From Klebsormidium nitens (taxonomy: Eukaryota > Plantae > Klebsormidiophyceae): a DNA stretch of 64,000 nucleotides. Under the pieces are notes generated by a model that had not been told where the DNA came from, ran no database searches, and saw only the letters and a list, made by a program, of their open reading frames with translations. Of the stretch, positions 25,556 to 35,714 are shown one piece after another. The position numbers and the translations under genes were made by a program. Within the stretch, counting starts at the first letter, position 1, and every line of letters begins with the position of its first letter. The stretch is from the NCBI GenBank assembly GCA_000708835.1, contig DF237464.1:1-64000 (forward strand). The letters run 5' to 3'.

Positions 25556-27223
25556 GACCAGGAGGAGGACCTGCCGTTCTGGTGGGCCGTTGCGAATATT
25601 AATTGAGCATTCCCTTGGGCAGGGAACTTACTGAGGAGAGCATTGTTCTCGCGTTGAGGTGCCTAGAACCCGCTGCGGCTCATTATGAATCGCAATCAAT
25701 CATGCTGACTAGAAAGCTCTTGGGGATCAGTAGTCAGCAAGCTTGGCAGTGTTTGCAGCCTTACAGCCTAGAGAGCGCATCGTCAATCATGGGAAGGGGC
25801 ACCTGCAATTTTGCAATGCATCCTCAAGCTACTAAGTCGTTGATCAGATTGTAGCCGGTCATGATCGTTACTACCGCAGAGACAAGACAAGATGGTCGAG
25901 CTCGTAATCTGACGGTAGACGATTAATAGCAGAATTATGGCAGGACGCAAATTAGCGGCTTGCAACATTTACTAAAGCAGGATGTAATTGTTGGAACTTG
26001 TCTATGCTAAGGTCACCTAGTCAATTAACAGCACAGATTGAAATTTGTGTGTGCCTGCCGCCATAGACTAATGCATGCACCTTCATCCCCACATTGGTCG
26101 GCAAAAAACCAGCAAGCCGAAGGCTCCCGGCCCAATGTATGTACTGAAGCACATGGAATCATGGTGCGCAGTCCGACCACTTCCAATTAATTCGATATAC
26201 GTGGAATGTCATCAACTGTACGGTAGCTTGAGCCCTGTAGTTATGCAACGTATACGTGGTATGAAGGCGCGCTCGAGACGCGATCCTATTCACTCATTAA
26301 AATTAGACAGGGTTCGAACCTGTGCTTTCAATATGTAGATTAAAGGGTCAAATTCATTATTGCACCTTAATCATTTACGGTGCGGTACTCATGGGATTGC
26401 ATACCGCTATCACCGCTACCTTACCAATGTAAAGGATCATATGTACAATTATACTGTGTATATATACACATGTAGCTCGCCAGAGCTTCGTATCCACACG
26501 AAAACAAATTCTACAAAAGAGTCCTCAAAGCGGCGCCCCGCATATGCACAGCCTGTCAACGTTTGCAGCTGCCAGCTGTCAATCAGTGCCCTTGCCACAT
26601 GCGCCGCCATGTCCCCGTTGTCTGCGTCAACATGCACACATGCAGCCGCCTGGGCGGGCTGCCATTTCGAGGCTCGACCAGGGACACGGCCACATGTGAT
26701 CGCCCGGTGGCCCACCCAGGCCGGCGGTTTATACAAGCCGGGTAAGTTTTACCGGCATCTCTACATAGGGCTATCATGGTTGAACATGTCCTGACATGGG
26801 GCCGTACGTTCAGCTTTTCGCTGAAAGGCTCGTCCGCGCATAGGCATCTAGCACAAGTACTAATCCTTGCGACGGTCCACCTCAAAACCATGGACCAACG
26901 CAGAGTTTCGTAACTTTCTGTTGGCAAACACAGCAAAAACTTACTGGAGCTGTTTCCAGACCTTGTTGTGAACCTCGAAAGGTACTGACAAGCAGGCACC
27001 TGGCAGCAGACCTTCAAGAGACCCTTCACAACTAGGGAGCTTGGAAGTAGCCATAAAGGCAACCAACGTACCAATCTTGGTATGAGCAGACGCACTACGC
27101 CCGACAACAGATTTGCAGGCACCGTCCGAAGGAACTACTGTCCTGGATAGTATTTCCAGGATTTCAACAAAGCTTAGCTGCTTTCTAACTGACTTTCAAG
27201 TTAAATACTGAGAGGTCCGTGAT

Positions 27224-30200
27224 TCATGCTGCTGCCCTGTACACGAGCCAAGCCTGTTTGGCGTTCTTCTCCTTTTCGGCCAATAACGTTACTTTTTGTT
27301 CCATGTCCCTCCGTAACTCGATGAGTTTGAGTTGGAAGGCGCTGAACACGGCGTCGAACTCCAACGACTCATCTGCCAGATGAAGAACTGAAGGTCAGGA
27401 ACGTGGAACACGCAATACCCCAATTGACTGCTAGCTCTTCAAGAAACCTTTTTCGGAATGTCCGGCCCAGGACAGCATGCTAATCGAAGAACGAGATCTT
27501 TCTTCGACAAACTCAAGCATTACGAAAACACACACCGCACGACTGGTAGAACCTATCCCTCAAAAGACCTCCTTCGCGAGGGAGCAACGATGCTTTCATG
27601 ATGACGCCCTGGCGCTCACCCGTCGTGCTGGCCGCGAGGATGCCCAGGTGTTGCCTCACGTTGTCCTTCTTGCGCATCGCGTCCCGCCCCGCGCGCTTCG
27701 CCTCCGCGGCCAGCGCGTTCTTGCGCTCCCAGTCCCTCTGCAGGAACGCGCGCTGCTTCACCACCAGCGCGCCCAGGCTCGCGTCGAACGCGTCCGAGCG
27801 CTCCAGCTCGTTGAACACCGCCACCGCGTTCAGGTCCAGCACTGCCGGGAGCACCTCTGCGGCGGCAACACACGACGTCGGCTTGGGAGGCACGCAAGGA
27901 AGGCGCTTCGATTTCGAACATTAAATGCAACAATCTTGATTCCGACATTGCATCACTGATAACCGAGTCCATTGGCTAAAGTGAGGCAGTTGAAGCGGGC
28001 AGAAGGTGACTCCTGGACCTTACTCCCAACCCTCGCAACATTTCTTCCGCAAAGCTCCAGGTCCAAGCTGCAGACGGCCGCCGGCCTCACCGAGCAGGTC
28101 CACGATCGCTTGCAGACACTTTTGGCGCGCCGCTCGCACGGGCTCCCCCCCGTCCTGCTCTCCGGCGGCGCCCAGCCTCTGATCCCGCAGCCCCTCCCGC
28201 TGCGCGCGCAGGTGCACGAGCTCGGCCGCGAGGCCGCGCTGCTGCACCTCCAGCACCGCCACGCGCTCGTCCAGGTCGGCCATCTCGCCCTCCTCTCGCG
28301 CGCGCACGTCCCGCGCACCCCGTGCCCGCAGCGCCTGCACCAGGGCCGCGATCTCCGCGTCCTCCAGGTACTCCTGCTGCGTCTGCTCCGCCGGAAACGT
28401 GAGGCCCCGCTCCGCAAGGTCGACGCCCCACGAGGGCCCGCCATGCTGCGCGGCTTCCCCGGGGCCTTTCTTGGCGCGGGCCTTCTTCGGGCTGCCCGTA
28501 TCCTTGGCGGACGACTTCTTGCTCCGCACCCCGCTCTCGAGGAGTTTCGCGGGCTTGAGCTTCTTCACCCGTCCACTCTTCTTAAGCAACGGCTCGAGCG
28601 AGAACTCCGTGCTCGGGAGGCGGCCCAGTTGAGCCGAGTTCGGCTGGCCTCCCTGGGCGGCTATCGTGGTCTCAGCGTCACCCTCGATTTTGCGCTTCTT
28701 GGCCAACGGGCCTTCCGACGAGCCGAACGGGAAGGCGGCCCCGCCGGCTGCCGCGCTCCGCCTGGCCTCTTCGGCCGCCTGGTCCAGGGCCCTCTTCTCG
28801 CCGGGCTTGCGCACGATGAGCCGCTTGATCACCTTCGCCTTCGCGGGGGCGTCCTCGCCGGGGATGCCGGCTGCGAGGAGGAAGAGGCGAGTGATGAAGA
28901 ATTGAGCCCGGAACAGTCTGCCATCTCAAGCGCGGTCCAAAAAGCATTGCGGATGCAGAGAAGAAGACGACGGAAGATGGAGAGTGGGTGGAAGTCTCTC
29001 CGCACCATGATAGTGAAGAACTCCGAACCCTCTACGTGATAGCTTACGAGCTCGTGGGAGGTAGCCACGTACATTCTCCCCGTGCTGACCTCCGCGGATT
29101 CAAAGAAGTCCGCATAGGGAGAGCGTCCAAGTCGCAATTTGGAAAAGAGAAGAGGCCCCAGGCAGTTCGCAACCAAAGACTTCGTGACTCCATAAAGTCC
29201 AATCTCTGTGCGAACGATGATGTATATCCTTTCGAGGACGTTCGGAACACTAGAATATTTGTCTCCTGAGAAGTGCACAAAGTCACAGTTGTGACCAGTC
29301 CTACTTTTCTCTGTAGGCGTCGTTGACCTCTGGCGGAATCGAGCAGGCAGTGCAGAGCCCGGGATCCAAACGAAGACGGACGAGTCGTCCCAAGTCACCA
29401 GACTGTACTGCTAAAGCTAGAAAGACAATCAGGCTGACAATATCAAGACATGACGGTGAAAGTTGTCGTCAGAGTTGGATGAGTACGGTTTAAATTAAGA
29501 TGGAAGAAGTTCATTCCTTACATACGACATGGGGTTTCTGGAAGCAGTACTCGCCACTCGAGAGATTATGGCGACGACCCTCTACACAAGAGCTCAGGGG
29601 AAATACTGACACGAAACGTTGCCTGTCACGCGGGCGGCGCCAGCCTCTCGCCCACTCACCGGGTGGCACTCTGGTGAGCCGCTTCAGCTTCTTGACGGCG
29701 TGCACCGCCTCCGGCTTGGGCCCCGGCGTCTTCACTTTAGTGGGCGCCCCCAAGGCGAGCGCCTTGCAGATGTCGGCCTTGAGGTCCGGCACCTTGATGA
29801 GCTTCTTGTGGATGTCGTTAGCGCCCGACAAGATGAAGAGCAGCAGCGACAGCAGCGGCTGGTGCAGCGACCACACCGTGTCCGCGTCCACCGCCGGCGG
29901 GCCGGCCGTCAGCAGCGCGCGCACGGCGCCAGGGCCGCGCGCCTTGATGACGTCCTCCACCCCGAACAGGATGTCCTTGGCGCCCTTCTCCTTGAGCCGC
30001 ATGTTGAGAGCGGGCCAGGACGCGGGCCGGTGGACCAGCGCCTCGTAGCTGTCCATCACCAGCTGACTCAGCTGCAGCCGCACAACATGACGGGCCAAGG
30101 ACGTCAGCGGGTCTGGTGGGCCGTCGCACAGCGTTCTACTCGCTCGAGGGCTCCAGAAACTTGTCTCGAATATAGTTAGAGTTGCTCTGCCCACGACCAG

Positions 30201-32593
30201 CAAGCCCTCGTTGCTTTTATCGAGAGTTTCGGTTCTTGATCTGCACGCGGTTCCAATGAGCGAGCAGCTGTGGGTAAGTCGAAGCACAGCAACCCCGTTG
30301 CTCGATTTTGATTGTCTGACTGGGAAATTCAATCAGTGATGTTCGGTACAAGCCGCATTCTTCGATAAAAATGGAATCAATTTTCCCTCTCGAACAGAGA
30401 GTGAACCAACTAGGAACTGTGACCAGGGTTGCTTGTTGACATTGAGAAACGTTGAAGCAAGAGGACGTCTTCCCAGAGTTCTTTCCATGCCCAAGCTTTC
30501 GTCCTCCATCCAGAGTTTTCAGAACGCACCGAGTGCTGCAGAGCTCGTTTTGACGGTTTGGTTGTGCTGAAATCGTAAGAATTCAAAGTCCTTCTCGTGC
30601 TCTCCCACAAAACGATAGACAGAACAGCTGAAGGGGGGCAACCGATTCCAGTTTTCGCTGGAATTTTGTCCCCAACTTGATAGTTGATATTTTCCAGATT
30701 GTCAATTCGGAGAAGTACTTCGGTGCTCTCAGTGCCGATTCTGCTCCATTTCCATGTTAGATAAGCCCCAGTGGCCTTGACTATTCCCTTTTAAATGTCG
30801 GATCAAAGAAGGTAGGTCCATCGCCACAGAGATATCCGCTATGACAAGCCCATTCCTTCGAAGAGGAGAATTCGGAGGCGTTCCACTAACAGCCTCAACG
30901 TCCGGTTCTGTCACCGGCGCTTTGCATATGAGTAAACCGAAAAGCTGGGTTCAAGAACAACCTCCCGGAAGACCTGGCTTTCCAACTGCGTGAATTTGCC
31001 TGGCCTGATTGCTTCCAATTGGTCGTATGACCATGAATCAGTTTAAAATGCTTTCCCAACAAGTGAGAATGCTAGAGCATCCACCACGGTGAAGTGTGGG
31101 CGTAAATCCATTAGCAACGTCGAAATTTGGTGCCTGGGCGAAAATTGCTGGGCCTACAAGCTTTGGCAAATCGAAATCACTGATAGTTCCGTTTCCATCA
31201 AGGCATTCTTCACTCACTTTTTCTTGTCTCTCTGCACCGGCCCAAAGGGGCAGCTGCGAGGCTCCTTCCGTTGGCGTGCGCGCATCTACAAGCAGTAGGA
31301 AAGGAGTGGTTGCAACTTCAAGCCAGTTCATCATCAAATCAGGACGATACTACAACCATTAAGAGAGTGGCTGAAAGTGCAGCCACAAAACAAACGGTCT
31401 TCAAGCAAGGCAGTCAGCAGAGCGCGCCGGTTTCAACCACACATACCTTCAAGTACTTGGTCCGTCAGGTTTGCGGTCTGTACTTCCTTTGTTTCAAGAG
31501 TGTCCATCCCTGTCAGATGCCACATATAGTCAGTCAGCTTAGACAAGTTTATGGTATTATTGGAAGTGCCAAACTTGCTGGACAAATCACCTCAAGCCCA
31601 CATGATAAAATGCGCTCTTGATGGATTAGCAAGAGCGCAGATCAACATTTTCAACAGCCATGCTAGCATTTTGCTGTAAGATTTGGGGCGCAAGACAGCA
31701 GAGAAAAGGTCGTGCCAAGGCTCTACTCCATTCAGGACTATGGCACCGCTTGGGGCTAGCGTCCTCGTCACAAGTGCATTAGTAGCAAGTATATTGCTTG
31801 ATTGGTTGGACTTCCTGAACAATACTGTCTGCTAAGAGGTTGCCAGGGCATGTGCAGCTACTGATGAAAGAGCCAAAAGTTCGAACGCAAACCTGCTTAT
31901 GATCCACTGGTGATATGGAGAGAGCTTTCCCAGGAGTTGTGTTTGAGAGGACCTCCTCCGGCACCGAGCATCCGGCGATTGCTCGTCAATGACCAATCTG
32001 CTCGAATTAAGCAGGCTTATCCGAATGCCACCCAGAGGCGTCGTAGCAAAGACGTTGTGATTCTCTGAAGCAACATGTAAGAGCTACTTTCTGTTCTGAG
32101 AGCCGGGCTTGCCCAGTCAAGGACGAGTATGATCACCAGCTTCAACAAACCCTACACCACCACTGACAATCTGAAACAGAGACAAGAAGTCGAACATCCG
32201 AGATCTTTGTGAAGAGTCGAGAACGTCGACACTCTCTACAACATAGATGGTAACTACTATTATAGCAATGTCGGATGACTGAGCTCGTTCTGCTGCTGAT
32301 ATACATTCGTGCTATCAAGAACTCCTGGGTCAAGCCGCCAAGATTGTTGGCGTGACATCATGCCCTCGTACTAAGCTTAGGCACGTTTCTTGAAGATGTT
32401 GGACCCGACGGCTCAAAGATAGACGAGCTCCTGAACCAGAAGGCCGGACAGCATGAGCACCTTCAATTGATCTGCTCAGAGTCAGATGGCCGCCATATCT
32501 CGCTTCCTCGAGCATGACGATAATTTTTCGAAGCTCCGTCGATACATGTACTTTGCCCGTCGACTTATTTTTGCCGCTTCCAACCGCGCGCAT
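27224..32593 (-). CDS. Large multi-exon hypothetical protein; 3' exons well supported, 5' exon structure uncertain
   Basis: GC-rich in-frame segments with splice signals at about 29660-30330, 29030-29270, 28040-28874, 27536-27856 and a last exon 27224-27387 (LHLADESLEFDAVFSAFQLKLIELRRDMEQKV...RAAA*). A candidate first exon is 32461-32593 (ATG ... GAAG|GTGCTC). Several small AT-richer candidate exons lie at 30500-32100. No family recognised. Confidence 0.6.
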
Positions 32594-32699
32594 ATTTAGA
32601 TTTGACGATTACACCGATCGACGGCGCCGCGGAGGCGACCAGACAAGCAAACAGCCCCAGCGGCGCAACGAAGACCTAAAGACGGCCGCATGACGTTAA

Positions 32700-33684
32700 C
32701 ACTAGGACCGATAACCGTGCCCAACTGGGCACGGCGTGCCCAAACGGGCACGGTTAACTTGATTTCGATTTAACGGTCGTAATTTTTACGATTCTTGGAA
32801 ATATTCGAGGTTTCGGCACATAACTAGACTTAGTGGTTATAGTAGGTCTGAAAACCGGCCGGTGACCCTAAATTTGGGTTAGGGTTTATCGTTAGCAAAC
32901 GAGGGGTTAGTAAACAGCCAATAATTGATAAAATTTGATATATTCGGGCAACGACGGTCAAATCAAGCATCGTAACCACGTGCACAAACCCAAAACGGCC
33001 TACCAAACTCATTCCAACACATCAAATGTGAAAAAACGGCTAAACATAATCGGTTTATGATTCTTCTCTATTATTTTGACCCTTATTTCACCCCTGTTCG
33101 AATGCGCGAGTGAACCCCGTAGCTATACTAAATCAAAAGATGTGATGTTGCAAACAAGCGTAATGTAGATGTCAAACACAAGGTTTTGTCCCATGAGAAG
33201 CTCCGGAGTTCGAACGAGGGCAAAGTCCATGTTTTTGGGAATGGAACGTGGCTATTTCAAAAAAAACTGCGAATAATGATGTTCCGTGGATCAAAGTACA
33301 TGCATGGACTTGAGCGATTTTTGCATTTTTCTCAATACTTGCCATAGGAAAGCTTTTTAGCATCTCTTTGAACACCTAAGAAAAGTCTACTTGAAATTGT
33401 GGAGTGAAGGTGCTCATACTACTATATAACCATAACCGGGCCCAAACGGGCACGGCTGGATTTTGGCCCAGTTTTTGCTGCAGACCCATTCTCCTTTCAT
33501 ACTTTGTATACAAGTCAAAACATAGATTTTTTGATAACCCAAGGCGTTGCCTCTTAAAAGGTACCCACATAATCACATAGTAGAAAGGATTTCTTCAAAA
33601 ACTTGTATTTTCCAATCAGATTGAGGCAAAATGCAAATAATTTAACCGTGCCCAATTGGGCACGGTTAGCAATCGGTCCTAGTG
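32700..33684. mobile_element. Non-autonomous DNA transposon (MITE-like, 985 bp) with TTAA TSD and piggyBac-like end architecture
   Basis: Perfect 13-bp TIRs: CACTAGGACCGAT (32700-32712) and ATCGGTCCTAGTG (33672-33684). TTAA flanks both ends (32696-32699 and 33685-33688). A subterminal AACCGTGCCCAAYTGGGCACGG inverted repeat follows, with a 0-nt spacer at the left end and a 4-nt spacer at the right. The interior is AT-rich and has no transposase ORF. Confidence 0.88.
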
Positions 33685-35714
33685 TTAACCGATAGAGACT
33701 CACCGTTCCACCGTCCAAACGTCACGTGTGTACGTCACATGAGCGGCATTGCCGGCCATTGTGGCCATTTGGGCAAGCTGCAAAATATGTATCTGAGAAT
33801 TCGGCGTCCAACCTCCAACATAGCCAGGTCCCCCAGGCTGGGTCTGAAGGTCTGAGCTGCAAAACATGCAGCCACCCGAGCCTGATCATCGAACGTGACA
33901 TGCAGCATATTGGCCAGGGCGCCCTGCATGAAACAGAAGGAACTGGCAAATACCTACATAGCAGCGAGATGCCACACTTCCTCATGCATGGGTTGGCATC
34001 GAGTTGAATGCTAAACATATTATCATCGGCCCCGCGATCATAACGTGTTATGCGCCTCAAGCATGCGCCTTCCGGAGTTGCAAATCTGAGCAAGTGCAGA
34101 GTCGAACAGGATTGGCTTCCTTTTTCGAGATGCGGACGCCCGTGCCTGGTAGCAGGCGGCCAGCAGCTGGTGCTAGGAGCTGCTTGTGCCTTTTCGTATT
34201 CAGGCGTGACGGCAACAGCTGATGTTTGACACTTGTACTACAATCTCGGTTGCAGGGGTGCTAGCCTGCTGACTAGATCTTGCAAACCTTTAGTAATGCT
34301 CATTTGTTAGTTGTCAAAGACTACCCGCGACCTTGCAGCAACCTTCCAGCGTGCCCAGCAGAGATAGAGGAGCTGGGCCGGGACTCTTGCGGCCAACTTG
34401 AAGGCCTCCCAGTGGACCTCGGAAGTCGGCTTTCGCAATGATCCTATGTAACTCGCTAGGCTGCATGTCTTCAGTTGCGAGTTGGCAGGTTGCATGGGCC
34501 GTATGGTCGAGAGCTCGACAAAACGACGTCAGAGCACTCTCTCTTGACGATCATAATTCTGGCGGACCCATTCACGAACCATGCTAAAATGACCATGATC
34601 TTCCGTACGCTCACAGAGCGAAGATGAATTAAAGGATCCTGTTCCATACTGCCCAGAAGGAAGTCCATACGATCGCGACGTAAGATGAGGCTCGGCAACA
34701 ATGTTCTCTTACATTCAATGATTCGAACCGTATAAACTAGCAAGATCTTACCTTAATCAAAGTGCTGATACTTCCGCTGATGTCAGCGGGCTGCACTATT
34801 CCAGGAACAGATCGGACCACTAGCGTGAGGATTGGCAACAACTTGCGAAGTGCCAAGCCTGCGAGCGGGATAGTCGGAAGAGAAAACAGAATTGCCGATG
34901 ACCAGGGTGACAGGGTAGGTAATTTGTGACAGCTGAGGCTATGCACGTCATGGTAAAAACGTGACTGACTTTCTTTGACAAACCCAAGCGGCCTGAAACG
35001 AACGGGTCGATCTAGCGGCCCAGTTGCTCAGTTGGAGAATCGTGCCTGCATGAGCTTATGCAATGCGAACCGAGCAGGGCCCTTTCAGCCTGGTAAATGT
35101 CCTTGCAGCTCGACTACTTTTATGGGCGTATACCTAGTGCAACAGCTAGGCAGGCACGTGTACAATTGGGTGCTTACATGGATCAGGAAAGTGTTGTTCC
35201 TGTCGGATGCATCTTTACGTGTGCACTTCGGCACATGTTAGGGTCACGCACAATCAACTTGTACGATATCGGGCGAAACGGCTCTTACAGACAGGATCAG
35301 AAGCCGTCAGTCTTGAGAGTTGAGTCAAGTACTAGGTTAAATCTAACTTTGGCACCAGTTGAGTCTCAGAGGCTCAATCGGCTCAAGCAACATATCAGGT
35401 CTGCGAAGAGATTGAGCAGCACCGCACGTCACTTGGGACCAAGGTAGTTGCACTGGATGCCTCCAAGCAGTACAGGATCTACCATTCAAAACAAATAGAT
35501 GCATGGAAGTCCCTCGGCTGCCAGATTCTTAGGTTCACTAGCTTATGATTATACACTGCGTGGAAGTATTCTACTTCTATCCCGTGACCACAACCTGTGG
35601 CCGGCCCTCTGTGAGTATATATTACGCGCGCTGCAGTGATCTATCAGACCGTTACAGTTATCTGGAAGGATGATTCGTTTCGTAGCGCACCTTTCTTCCC
35701 GGAACCCTTTTATG

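Noticed and set aside
26307-26323. tRNA T-arm/B-box-like hairpin (ACAGG TTCGAAC CCTGT on the minus strand)
   Set aside because: There is no acceptor stem, D-arm or A-box upstream. At most it is a SINE/tRNA relic.
27972-29039. 355-aa + strand ORF, and similar long ORFs such as 39683-40993, 12679-13425 and 37394-38056
   Set aside because: These are antisense or off-frame shadows of GC-rich exons, where stop codons are scarce. They have low-complexity R/A/G/P composition and no motifs.
29225-29234. ATATCCTTT U12 donor-like sequence on the + strand
   Set aside because: It is antisense to a coding segment of the minus-strand gene, and there is no + strand gene here.
32713-33667. CRISPR-like array of palindromic repeats
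   Set aside because: There are only four irregularly spaced copies with no uniform spacers and no cas genes. They are explained as transposon subterminal repeats in a eukaryote.
32700-33684. Assigning the element to CACTA/EnSpm because it starts with CACTA
   Set aside because: The flanking 3-mers differ (TAA and TTA), whereas the 4-mers match (TTAA).
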